Assembly: GCA_963822445.1 (NCBI GenBank)
Contig: CAWGHO010000003.1
Coordinates: 512,001-576,000, forward strand
Source of the DNA: an uncultured Acidobacteriota bacterium
GTDB lineage: Bacteria > Acidobacteriota > Thermoanaerobaculia > Gp7-AA8
DNA length: 64,000 nucleotides
Reading direction: 5' to 3'
This document shows positions 42,603-56,098 of the stretch, one piece after another. Every line of letters begins with the position of its first letter. Positions within the stretch are counted from its first letter, which is position 1. The position numbers and the translations under genes were made by a program. Under the pieces are notes generated by a model. That model did not search any database. It worked only from the letters and a program-made list of their open reading frames with translations, and had not been told where the DNA came from.

Positions 42603-44890
42603 GCTTCCTCATCCAGCGCACCGCCGGACGCAACCTGACCCTCACTCAGGTCGGCACGCCGTCGCTGCGCATCGGCCGCGGAACGAATCAGGATCTGCGC
42701 TCCGAGAATCCTGCCGTCGCACTCGAGCACGCGATCATCGAGAGCGACGCCGCCGGCTACGTCATCACCGACAAGGGCTCGATCACCGGCACGTACGTCA
42801 ACGGCAAGCCGGTCGAGGCATCGCGTCTGTCGAAAGGCGACGTCGTCGAGATCGGCGATCTGCGCCTGGAGATCCAGCTCGCCGATCCGAGCAAGCCGCT
42901 CTTCATCCGCGTCGCGCCCGCCCGCGCGGCGGCGCCGACTCTCGATCCGGAAGAGGAAGAGGACGCGATCGCCTCGCCGGCCGTCGCCGCCGGGAAACGC
43001 GTGGTGAAGGCGAAGCAGATCGATTACGTCGCTGCCTACCGTCTCAAACGTCCCTGGCTGACGAAGCTCAGCCTCACCGCCATTCTGCTGATCATCGCCC
43101 TGACCATCGTCGGCGAGTATCTCGTTCGCCCCGAGGCTCAGTCCGTGTTCATGCCGGGCGGGGTTTCTTCGGCGCATTCACGAGCGCGCGATCCGCAGGG
43201 ACGCATCGTCGGCAATCAATGCAGCACCTGCCACACGCCGTGGAAGAGCGTGACCGGCTCGAAGTGCACGAACTGCCACGGCCAGCACCAGCACGCGAAG
43301 TTCGAGAGCAATCCGCCGGCGTGCTACACGTGCCACGCCGAGCATCGCGGGCAGACCAGGCTCGCGACGATGTCCGATCAGCGTTGCTCCGGCTGTCACT
43401 CCGATCTCGCGGCCCACATGCGCGTTCCGCGCGCGGAAGCGGCGACGCTGAAGTTCGCGCAGCAGCGGTATGGATTCGAGCAGATCGCCCGCATCTCCAT
43501 GTTCGGCGACAAGACCCATCCCGAGTTCGCCTACCCGCCGGATCGCAACACGCTGCGGTTCAACCACAAGCTGCATCTGTCGCCGAAAGGTGTCTTCAAC
43601 GCCACGGGCAAACGGGAAGTGCTGGAGTGCACCGGGTGCCACGAAATGGTCGCGACGCGCGAGAAGTTCGACCCCGCGCCGATCGATTTCGAAAAGCACT
43701 GCCAGACCTGCCACCGCCTGACCTTCGACATCCGCTTTCCGAATGCGCAGGTGCCGCACGGCGGCGATCCGGACATCGTCTACGGCTTCATCGCCTCGTA
43801 CGCCGGCGATCCCACCATTGCCAGCCGCAGCGCGGCGGAGATCCGCCGCATGCTCTCCGCCCGCAAACGGGTCACCTCGGACGAGCGCGCTGTCATCGCC
43901 GCGGGGCAGGTCATCAAGACCAAATGCGAAAAGTGCCACGAGACCACGTCGCGCGGCGCGCGCCTGGCCGTCGTTCCGCCGGTGATTCCCGGCTCCTGGC
44001 TCACGCACGCGCGCTTCACGCACACCAGCCATCGGACGATGTCCTGTGACGCGTGTCACGCCGCGGCGCGGCAGAGCGCGGGCACGACCGAGCTCCTTCT
44101 GCCTGTGCAGGCGAATTGCACGGGATGCCATGCGAAAGACGCCAAAATCGCCCAGGCAGCCAGCACGTGTGTCGCGTGCCACGAGTATCATCTTCAGGCT
44201 GCGCAACCGGTTGCGGCGTCGCTCGCTCAGGCAGGCATGGGCGGGCTTGGAAGTGGAGGGCGAATGCTGCAGGGGATCCTGCTCGCGGTCATCGTGATCT
44301 TGCTGCTGGTGGTGCTGGTGCCCGTCGGCATCGCGCTGTTCCAGCGGCTGAAGCCCGAGCGTCCGACCGCGGCTCCGCGCGCGCGCAACGTTCCTCCGCC
44401 GATTCCGGTGATCGCGCCGACCGCCAAGATCGTCCGGCCTGATGGACCGACGGACAAGGTCAGCAAAGAGCCGCCACCGCCGCCGGACATCGTGCCGGCG
44501 CAAACCGTCGCGGCGACGAAGATCGCCTCCGTCGCCGAGATGGCCAAGCCGTCCAGCGAGCCGGTCGGAACGGAGATGGTGCAGTGGTACGGCATGCTTC
44601 ATTGCACCAGCGGCTCGCTGGAAGGACAGCGTTTCGTGGTCGAGGAAGAGGGCTTCTACATCGGCCGCGATCCGTCGCTGTCGAAGATCGTCATCGCCGA
44701 CACGCGCGTGTCCAAGCGCCACGTGCGGATCCTGCCGCGCGACGGAAAGGTCTGGGCCATCGACGAGGGGTCGACCAACGGGACCTTCATGGCTTCGGCG
44801 CCGGGACAGCGGATCACCGAAGTGCAGTTGAAGCGGGGCGATACCCTGGTGCTCGGGGATAACGCGGCGACATTCGTCTATCAGATATGA
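42599..44890 (+). CDS. FHA - TM - decaheme cytochrome c - TM - FHA protein (763 aa)
   Basis: GTG 42599 overlaps upstream TGA; 10 CxxCH (CSTCH, CTNCH, CYTCH, CSGCH, CTGCH, CQTCH, CEKCH, CDACH, CTGCH, CVACH); FHA motifs IGRG..EHA..GTYVNG and IGRD..VSKRH..STNGT. Confidence 0.9.
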   Translation: MSFLIQRTAGRNLTLTQVGTPSLRIGRGTNQDLRSENPAVALEHAIIESDAAGYVITDKGSITGTYVNGKPVEASRLSKGDVVEIGDLRLEIQLADPSKPLFIRVAPARAAAPTLDPEEEEDAIASPAVAAGKRVVKAKQIDYVAAYRLKRPWLTKLSLTAILLIIALTIVGEYLVRPEAQSVFMPGGVSSAHSRARDPQGRIVGNQCSTCHTPWKSVTGSKCTNCHGQHQHAKFESNPPACYTCHAEHRGQTRLATMSDQRCSGCHSDLAAHMRVPRAEAATLKFAQQRYGFEQIARISMFGDKTHPEFAYPPDRNTLRFNHKLHLSPKGVFNATGKREVLECTGCHEMVATREKFDPAPIDFEKHCQTCHRLTFDIRFPNAQVPHGGDPDIVYGFIASYAGDPTIASRSAAEIRRMLSARKRVTSDERAVIAAGQVIKTKCEKCHETTSRGARLAVVPPVIPGSWLTHARFTHTSHRTMSCDACHAAARQSAGTTELLLPVQANCTGCHAKDAKIAQAASTCVACHEYHLQAAQPVAASLAQAGMGGLGSGGRMLQGILLAVIVILLLVVLVPVGIALFQRLKPERPTAAPRARNVPPPIPVIAPTAKIVRPDGPTDKVSKEPPPPPDIVPAQTVAATKIASVAEMAKPSSEPVGTEMVQWYGMLHCTSGSLEGQRFVVEEEGFYIGRDPSLSKIVIADTRVSKRHVRILPRDGKVWAIDEGSTNGTFMASAPGQRITEVQLKRGDTLVLGDNAATFVYQI

Positions 44891-46545
44891 GAAGCGTCGC
44901 GCTGGTGTGCCTCCTCGCGGCGGCGCTCGACGTGACCGCCGCGCGTGTGCGCTCCGTGCGGCCGCGGATCAACGTGACTCCTGAGCCGGCGGCGTGCGCA
45001 CTGACTCCCGCTGCGCCTGAATCGTGTAGCGAAGGGGGAGCGGCGTACGCGGCGCTGTTGCCGTCCGAGGTCGACGCGATCGTTCGGGCCGCGGCGCGCT
45101 CGCTTGATTCCGACGCGATGACCATCGCCGTCGTCGATCGAGCCGGCCGCATCCTCGCCCTGTTCCGCAAGACCGGCGCGAACGCCGCGAATGACGACGT
45201 CGCGGTGGGCGTCGCTCGCACGGCCGCGTTTTTCAGTCACAACCAGGCCCCGCTTTCTTCGCGGACCGTGCGGTTCATCAGCGGCATTCACTTTCCGCCG
45301 GGCATCACCAACACCCCGAGCGCGGCGCTGTACGGAATCGAGAACACGAACCGCGGCTGTGATTTCAATGTGACCTTCAACGCCGGCAAATGCCTGCCGC
45401 GCGCCCGTCGCGTAAACGGACTGCGCTGCGATTCCGGCGATACCAGCGGTTGTGGTCCCGGCATCGTGACCGGCAAGGTCTTGCCGGACGATGGCGATGC
45501 CGGCAGTGTGAATCCCGGCGGCATTCCGCTGTATCGGTTCGAAAAAGGGTTGATCGGTGCGGTCGGCGTCGCCGGCGTTTCGGGCGATGCACAGGAGTTC
45601 GCCGCGGCGAGCGGTGCATTCGGCGCGATCGCGACGGGCGTTGCGCCAGTCCCCGTTTTTCCGCTTCCGCAGCCCGGCAACGTCTTCATCGACGGCATCC
45701 GTCTCCCGTTCCTCGGCCCCAACCTCAAGCTCGAATTCAACGCGAACGGCATTCCCAACGGCGTTCGACGGCTCAAAGATACGAATGCGGGTAGCGATGC
45801 CGGCGCGTTCGTGATCGCGCCGCAACACGGCGGTTGTGCGCCGAACGAATATCTGGTCGGTCCAGTTGCGGGGTCGAAACTCAACGTCGCCGACGTGACG
45901 GGGATCGTCGACCGGGCCATCGCCACGGCGAGGAAAACGCGGGCGGCGATCCGCCTGCCGTTGAATCGCTACGCGCGGATGGTCATCGCCGTGGCCGACG
46001 TCGACGGCTCGATCCTGGCCCTCTACCGCATGCCGGATGCGACTGTCTTTTCGATCGATGTCGCCGTCGCGAAATCGCGAAACGTCGTGTACTTCTCCGA
46101 ACAGGGATTGCCGGGACTGTCCGGTGGCACCGCGGTGTCCAATCGAACCATTGCGTTCGGGTCGCAGCCGTTCTTTCCCTCGGGCATCGACTCCAGCGTG
46201 CTCCATCCGCGACCGGGGCCGTGGTTCGACTCGCTCTTCGTCAACGATCTGAACAAACCCTGCTCGCAAGGCGGGCAGCTCACCAACGCGAATCAGAACG
46301 GCATCGTCTTCTTCGCCGGCTCCACGCCTCTCTATCGCGGAACGGAACTCGCCGGCGGCCTGGGCATCTCCGGCGACGGCATCGAGCAGGATGATTACGT
46401 CACGTACTTCGGCGCGGGGCCGTTCCTGCCCGCGCAGGAGTTGTGGGCAGATCGCATCAGAGTCGATGACGTGCGGTTGCCGATGTTCAAGTTCCCCCGT
46501 CATCCGGAAGGCGTCACGGAATGTGAGGGCGGCCCGTGCAACTGA
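44887..46545 (+). CDS. Exported heme-binding protein with two GlcG/HbpS-like domains
   Basis: Signal peptide; TIAVVDRAGRILA..GGIPLYR..IGAVGVAG and VIAVADVDGSILALYRM..AKSR..GSTPLYR..GGLGISGDG. Confidence 0.8.
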   Translation: MRSVALVCLLAAALDVTAARVRSVRPRINVTPEPAACALTPAAPESCSEGGAAYAALLPSEVDAIVRAAARSLDSDAMTIAVVDRAGRILALFRKTGANAANDDVAVGVARTAAFFSHNQAPLSSRTVRFISGIHFPPGITNTPSAALYGIENTNRGCDFNVTFNAGKCLPRARRVNGLRCDSGDTSGCGPGIVTGKVLPDDGDAGSVNPGGIPLYRFEKGLIGAVGVAGVSGDAQEFAAASGAFGAIATGVAPVPVFPLPQPGNVFIDGIRLPFLGPNLKLEFNANGIPNGVRRLKDTNAGSDAGAFVIAPQHGGCAPNEYLVGPVAGSKLNVADVTGIVDRAIATARKTRAAIRLPLNRYARMVIAVADVDGSILALYRMPDATVFSIDVAVAKSRNVVYFSEQGLPGLSGGTAVSNRTIAFGSQPFFPSGIDSSVLHPRPGPWFDSLFVNDLNKPCSQGGQLTNANQNGIVFFAGSTPLYRGTELAGGLGISGDGIEQDDYVTYFGAGPFLPAQELWADRIRVDDVRLPMFKFPRHPEGVTECEGGPCN

Positions 46546-48441
46546 TCGCGGCGTTCGTCCTCGCCCAGCTCCTCAGTGATCAGGTGATCTTCACCGACCA
46601 GATCCCCTTTACCCTGACCGGCACCACCCAATCCGCCCCCGGCACACCCGTTCGCATCTTCATCGAGAACGCAAAGGCCGAGACCACCGTCGCCGCCGAC
46701 CGCACCTGGTCGATGTTCTGGACCCCGCCGTTGAAAACGGGCACGTACGACGTGCGCATCGAGATCGACGGCGTCACCGAGACCCGTCTGTTGCGCGTCC
46801 AACTCAAAGGGCCTTTGCCGCGGCAATCTGGAATCGAGCCGCAGCTGCGGTTCCCCGATCCGCTTTCGCCCGAGCCGTCATTGCAGGAGATGACCGATCG
46901 CTGGCGCATCGTCCCGCCGGCGTACGAGCTCGACGAGCCCTCGCGCGGCCGCCTCGATCCGTACAACCGCAACATCCTCAAGGGCGACTACCCGATCCTG
47001 AACGACGACACGTTCCTCGTGCTCACCGGCATCAGCGACTCGCTCGTGGAATCGCGCACGCTGCCGACGCCGTCCGGGCCGAGCTCCGCGCGTCCGGGCA
47101 GCTTCCCCTTCTTCGGCAGCGAAGATCAGGGGGTCTTCGTCCAGAACGTGATCGTCTCCGTCGATCTCTACCAGGGCAACACGACCTTCCAACCGGTCAA
47201 GCAGCGACTGAAGGCGACGCTGGTGGGCAATCTCAATCACGTGCGCGTCGAAGAAAACGCGATTCTCAAGCCGGACGTGCGCCGCGGCACGGAACGCACC
47301 GACGCCCGCATCTCGCTGCAGGAAGTCTTCTACGAGCGCAAGCTGCGCGACCTGTCGCCGAACTATGACTTCCTCTCCATCCGCGCCGGCGTGCAGCCGT
47401 TTTCCAGCGACTTCCGAGGCTTCATCTTCACCGACACGAACCTCGGCATCCGCGCCTTCGGCAACTACGCCTCGAATCGCTTCCAGTACAACCTGGCCTT
47501 CTTCGACCGATTGGAGAAGGACACCAACTCCGGCTTGAACATCCTCGACGACATCCGCGAGCAACGCGTCGCCGTCGCGAACTTCTACTGGCAGGACTTC
47601 ATCCGCAAGGGTTTCACGCAGCAGTTCTCGATTCACCACATGCGCGATGAAGCGACGGTGAAGTACGACCGCAACGGCTTCCTCGTGCGGCCTGCGCCGG
47701 TGGGCGCGGCAACGCCGCACGACATTCACGCAACCTACCTCGGCGCCGCCGGGCTCGGACACTTCGGCCGCATCAACGTCGACTACGCGACGTATCTCGT
47801 CTTCGGCCGCGACTCCTTGAATCCGATCGCCGGTCCCGATCCCGAATTGCGACGCGGCGACGCGGTGAACATCGGCGCAGGCATGGTCGCGCTCGAAGTC
47901 TCGTACGACCGCGACTGGCTCCGCCCGCGGATCGGTTTTTTCTACGCGAGCGGCGATCGCAATCCTCGCGATCGCACGGCCCGCGGCTTCGACGCGATTT
48001 ACGACTCACCGGCCTTTGCCGGCGGCGGCTTTTCCTTTTTCAACAGGCTCGGCATCCGCCTGGCCGGCAGTGGCGTGGCTCTCGTCGAGCGCGGCAGTCT
48101 TCTGCCGTCCTTGCGCAGCAGCAAGGACGAAGGGCAGCCGAATTACGTGAATCCCGGTCTGCAACTAGCGACGATCGGCCTCGACGTCGAAGTCACGCCG
48201 CGGCTCAAGGCGATCTTCACCGGCAACTACATCCGCCTCGACGCCGTCGAGCCGGTCGAGGAAGTGTTGTTCCAGGGCGACATCAGCCACGAGATCGGGA
48301 CCGATCTCTCCGCCGGCCTCCGCTACCGTCCGTTTCTCAGCAACAACGTGATCCTCGTCGGCGGCGTGGCCGCGCTGATCCCGGGCCAGGGCTTCAAAGA
48401 CATCTACGAGCGCAACGATCCGCTGTACCACCTCTTCACCA

Positions 48442-48461
<20 letters not shown>
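46536..48461 (+). CDS. Putative outer-membrane beta-barrel with N-terminal Ig-like domain
   Basis: Alternating amphipathic aromatic strands, FYASGD.NP.D....GFDAI (alginate-export-barrel-like), C-terminal Phe (VILQF). Confidence 0.7.
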
Positions 48462-51985
<3,524 letters not shown>

Positions 51986-51989
<4 letters not shown>

Positions 51990-53287
51990 AACGCGTGTTG
52001 CTCATCTCAATCATCTGCGCCGCAGCAGTGGGTATCGCGCAACAACCCACCCAGCAACCCAGCAACTCAGCAACCCAGCAACCCAATAAATACATCGGCG
52101 TTGCCACCTGCGTCAGCTCCGGCTGCCACGGCTCCACCGAGCCTCTCAACGCCTCCCGCGTCCTGCAGAACGAGTACTACACCTGGCTGAACAACGATCG
52201 CCATTCCCAGGCATACAACGTCCTCTTCAACGATCGCTCCGCGCGGATTGCGAAGAACATGCGCCTCAGGAAGCGCGCGTATGAAGAAGCGGCATGTCTC
52301 GATTGCCACACCACCAACGTTCCCGCTAGCGAAGTCGAAGGGCGCATCGATCCCGAAGACGGGATCCAGTGCGAGGCCTGTCACGGTCCGGCCAGCGGCT
52401 GGCGCGCTGAGCACACCGAGGAAGGGTGGACGCATGCGCAGTCCGTCGAGCGGGGGATGATCGATCTCACCAGCGTTCCTGTGCGCGCCCACATGTGTCA
52501 CCGCTGCCATCTCGGCAACGCGCAGAAGGAAGTCGATCACGAGCTCATCGCCGCCGGGCATCCGCTGCTGGCCTTCGAGCTCGACAACTTCACCGAATCA
52601 ATGCCGCCGCATTGGACGCCGAATCGAGCCACGCACGGCGTGAATGCCTGGGCCGTCGGACAGGTGATGAAGTTCCGCGACTCCCTCGGCAACCTCGCCC
52701 GTCACGCGCGCGGCAACGAGTGGCCCGAGTTCAGCGACATGAGCTGCTACAACTGCCATCACACGCTCAAAGGCAGCGAATGGCGTCAGCGTCGCGGCTG
52801 GCCCGATCGCGCCGGCCTGCCGTCGTGGTCCCCGCAACATTGGGCGATGTTGCGATTGCTGATCGGCCGCGTGTCCCCGCAGTCGCGGGATGAGCTCGAC
52901 GGACTGGTCGCGCAGATCGCGCGCGGAGTCGCGCGCATGAACGAGCCCGCCGCGGTCGCCGCGAACGCGGATCGGGCGCGCAGCATCGTTCACAACCTGG
53001 TGCCGCGCTTCGAATCGCAACGTTGGACCGACGCGGAAATCCGCGCGATCATGACCGCCATCGCCAGCGACCGCGCCTTCCTCGAGGCTGCCGACGTGCA
53101 CGTCGCGGAGCAATCCGCGCTGGCTCTGCAGAGCCTCGCCACGTCGCTCACCCGTCGCAATCCGCGCCTGCTGCGCGGCCCGATGATGCGCTCGATCGAC
53201 GCGCTGTTCGAAGAGGTGAAGAGTCGCGATGACTTTGATCCGGCGAGGTTCGGCGAGAAGCTGGCGGCTGTGAAAGCGGCCATTTAA
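51986..53287 (+). CDS. Exported multiheme cytochrome c (c554-like): four CxxCH plus one CX4CH
   Basis: Signal peptide; YIGVATCVSSGCH, CLDCH, GIQCEACHGP, CHRCH, CYNCH; ATGA coupling. Confidence 0.88.
52043..52085 (+). repeat. Octamer tandem (GCAACCCA) just after the signal peptide
   Basis: GCAACCCA GCAACTCA GCAACCCA GCAACCCA, within QQPTQQPSNSATQQPN. Confidence 0.75.
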
Positions 53288-53288
53288 G

Positions 53289-53377
53289 TGGAGTGCGGCG
53301 GCTCTGCCGCCGCTTTCACACGCGCCGGAGGCGCGCTCCGCGCGCTGCCAAAGCGGCGGCAGAGCCGCCGCACTCCA
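53289..53377. repeat. REP doublet / REPIN-like element with perfect 28-bp inverted repeats
   Basis: TGGAGTGCGGCGGCTCTGCCGCCGCTTT (53289-316) and exact reverse complement (53350-377); each arm is itself a hairpin. Confidence 0.85.
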
Positions 53378-53391
53378 ATAGAATCGCCCGC

Positions 53392-54648
53392 GTGTCCATC
53401 GCCGAATTCCTCCTGGCCCTGATCGCGATCTTCGTCGCTGCGAAAGTCTTCGGCGAGATCGCCGAGCGTTTCGGCCAGCCCGCGGTCCTCGGCGAGTTGA
53501 TCGGCGGGGTAGTCGTCGGCGTGTCCGGCCTGCATCTCGTCGATCCGCACAACATCACCATCCACCTGCTCTCCGAGCTCGGCGTCATCCTTCTGTTGTT
53601 CCTGATTGGCCTCGAGACCGACCTCCGCAAGCTCATGCAGGTCGGCGGTTCGGCAACGGCCGTGGCTCTCGTCGGCGTCGTTCTGCCATTTCTCGGCGGG
53701 CTCGCCTTCGGTCATCTCATGGGCATGCGAATGATGGTCGCGGTTTTCCTCGGCGCGGCGCTCACCGCGACGTCGGTCGGCATCACCGCGCGCGTGCTCT
53801 CCGACCTCGGCCATCTCAAAGACGACGAATCGCAGGTGATCCTCGGCGCGGCCGTCGTCGACGACATCATCGGCCTGGTCCTGCTGACCATCGTCGGAAC
53901 GCTTGCGAGCGGCGGCGAGCTGACCATCCTCGGCGTCGGCAAGATCGTGCTGATCGGTTTCGGATTCGTGCTGCTGGCCATCGTGATCGGATCGCAACTC
54001 GCGCCGATGCTCATCAGGGCGATCGACCGAATCGAGATGAATCGCGGCCTTTTCTTCTCCGCGCTCATCTTTGCCCTGCTGCTTGCTTATCTCGCCCACA
54101 GAGTCGGCTCGGCGGTCATCATCGGCGCGTTCGCGGCGGGACTCGTCCTGGCCCGCACGCATCGCGGCAAGGAGATCGAGCGCGAAGTGCACGACGTCGC
54201 GCAGTTCTTCATCCCCATTTTCTTCGTCGTGGTCGGGGCGGCCGTCGATCTTCGCAGCATCAATCCCTTCGATCCGAACGCACGCAAGTACCTCTGGATC
54301 GGCCTTGCGCTGACGGTGGTCGGCGTCCTCGGCAAAGTCGCCGCGGGGTATGTCGTCTCGGGAAAGAAGCTGCGGCGGATCGTGATCGGAGTAGGGATGA
54401 TCCCGCGTGGCGAGGTCGGCCTGATCTTCGCCACCATCGGCCTCACATCCGGCCTGCTCGACGCTGGCCTCTACAGCGCCGTGGCGCTGATGGTGATGCT
54501 GACCACATTCATCGCCCCTCCGCTGCTCCGGCGTCTGCTGGTTCCAGGAACACCGGAGCAGGTGAGGGGCGGGCGCGCCGAGTACGTGATGGACGCGCCG
54601 ATGGATGATGACGAGGACGAAGACGGGCCTACGTTACCCGCCTCTTGA
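53392..54648 (+). CDS. Cation:proton antiporter (CPA2/NapA-like)
   Basis: GQPAVLGELIGGVVVG, LFLIGLETD, ATSVGITARVL, GAAVVDDIIGL, GMIPRGEVGLIFA; GTG 53392. Confidence 0.92.
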   Translation: MSIAEFLLALIAIFVAAKVFGEIAERFGQPAVLGELIGGVVVGVSGLHLVDPHNITIHLLSELGVILLLFLIGLETDLRKLMQVGGSATAVALVGVVLPFLGGLAFGHLMGMRMMVAVFLGAALTATSVGITARVLSDLGHLKDDESQVILGAAVVDDIIGLVLLTIVGTLASGGELTILGVGKIVLIGFGFVLLAIVIGSQLAPMLIRAIDRIEMNRGLFFSALIFALLLAYLAHRVGSAVIIGAFAAGLVLARTHRGKEIEREVHDVAQFFIPIFFVVVGAAVDLRSINPFDPNARKYLWIGLALTVVGVLGKVAAGYVVSGKKLRRIVIGVGMIPRGEVGLIFATIGLTSGLLDAGLYSAVALMVMLTTFIAPPLLRRLLVPGTPEQVRGGRAEYVMDAPMDDDEDEDGPTLPAS

Positions 54649-55423
54649 CGTCCTGAAACTCCGGCTCGTCGGTGATCACGTTCCGTCCCTGAAGCTGCGC
54701 CGCGCGGTTCCGCGCATCACGAACCCGCTCCTCGGTGAGCGGATGCGTCGAGAAAAAGGCCTCGACCCGTCCCGGCGATCCCTTGCTGTGTTCCATCAGC
54801 TCCTCGAACATCGTGGCCATGCCGATCGGGTTGTAGCCGGCTTCGTACATCGCCCGGATTCCGAGCTCGTCGGCCTCCCGCTCGGCTTCGCGGCTGAATC
54901 GCGCCAGCGCACCCGAACCGACGATCTGCGCGGCGAGCTTCGCGAGATCGTTCGGGTTCTGGCCGAGGACGAGCGAGGCGAGGATGCTCAGGCCGTATTG
55001 CTTGGAAATCTGCTCGGTCGAATGGCGCGCCAGGACGTGACTGATCTCATGGGCCATGACGCCGGCGAGCTCCGAGGCGTTGTCGGAGTTGGCGATGAGG
55101 CCCGTGTGCACGTAGACGTGGCCGCCCGGAACAGCGAAGGCGTTGATCGATGGATCGTCGACGACGTAGAAGTTCCACGGCAGGTTGGCCATGTTCGTGG
55201 TCGCGACGATCCGCTGCCCCATGTTGCGGACGTACGCATTCAGCGCCGGATCGTTGTTGATCCGAACCTGACTGGCTATCTCGCGGGAGAGTTGCTGGCC
55301 GAGCTGCCATTCCTCCTCGAGCGAGATCAGATTGAAGTCGCCGCCGCCGCCCGCCGATCCGCAATTCAGCGAGAGGAGTGTGACGAGCGCGAGAGCGAGA
55401 GTACTTCTGTAATGCGTCTTCAT
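54629..55423 (-). CDS. M48 family zinc metallopeptidase lipoprotein
   Basis: Lipobox LSLNC; INAFAVPGG, ELAGVMAHEISH, FSREAEREAD, FFSTHP. Confidence 0.92.
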   Translation of the reverse strand: MKTHYRSTLALALVTLLSLNCGSAGGGGDFNLISLEEEWQLGQQLSREIASQVRINNDPALNAYVRNMGQRIVATTNMANLPWNFYVVDDPSINAFAVPGGHVYVHTGLIANSDNASELAGVMAHEISHVLARHSTEQISKQYGLSILASLVLGQNPNDLAKLAAQIVGSGALARFSREAEREADELGIRAMYEAGYNPIGMATMFEELMEHSKGSPGRVEAFFSTHPLTEERVRDARNRAAQLQGRNVITDEPEFQDVKRRVT

Positions 55424-55450
55424 GAGGGCACTGCGGTGCAATGAGAACGC

Positions 55451-56053
55451 CTACCGCGTCCGGGACAGCCCGCTGAGCTCGCGGGCGATGTTCTCGCGGG
55501 CCTGGCGCTCGAATCGCGCGTAGAACGCCTCACTCGCGTAAAGCCGCGGACGCGCGAGAAAGTGGTCGAGGATGGCCGCCCGTGCTCCGCGAAAGAACGC
55601 GTCGGGAACGTGCTCGTACTCGCGGCGGACTTCTGCGGTGTACTCCTGATAGCGCTCCGGCGTGCTGCCGAGGATGGACAGATCGGCATCGAGGAAAGCA
55701 TGGAATCGCGAATCGACCCGGGCTGGATCGTGGGTCTTCGTCGCCAGGATGAGACTCTCGACGATGCCGATCGTCTCCGGCGGGAATCGCAACTCGGTCA
55801 GTGCCTGGCGGGCCAGGATCGCGCTCTGCTCCTCGTTGGAGGATCCGCCGTAAACCGCGTCGTGGAACCAGACCGCGGCGAGCACCGTCTCATCCGCGTG
55901 CGGCAAAAGGTCCAGCATTTCCTCGAGATGGCGGAGCGTGTGGTAGTGCCGGTGCTCCTCGCCGTAGCGCGACGCCAGGTCGTGCCACCAGCGCTCGGCC
56001 ACCGCAACGTCGGCGCCATGAGCGAGGGCGAACCCGAGGAATCCGTCGCGCAC
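55451..56053 (-). CDS. HD-superfamily predicted metal-dependent phosphohydrolase (200 aa)
   Basis: End of ORF 55451..58702: RHYHTLRH, WFHDAVY, NEEQSA, ILATKTH, FLDADLSILG, VRREY. Confidence 0.85.
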   Translation of the reverse strand: MRDGFLGFALAHGADVAVAERWWHDLASRYGEEHRHYHTLRHLEEMLDLLPHADETVLAAVWFHDAVYGGSSNEEQSAILARQALTELRFPPETIGIVESLILATKTHDPARVDSRFHAFLDADLSILGSTPERYQEYTAEVRREYEHVPDAFFRGARAAILDHFLARPRLYASEAFYARFERQARENIARELSGLSRTR

Positions 56054-56098
56054 CGTAAATTGGAAGCGAGGCGTGAGCGCGGTTGTTCCCGACCGCGG

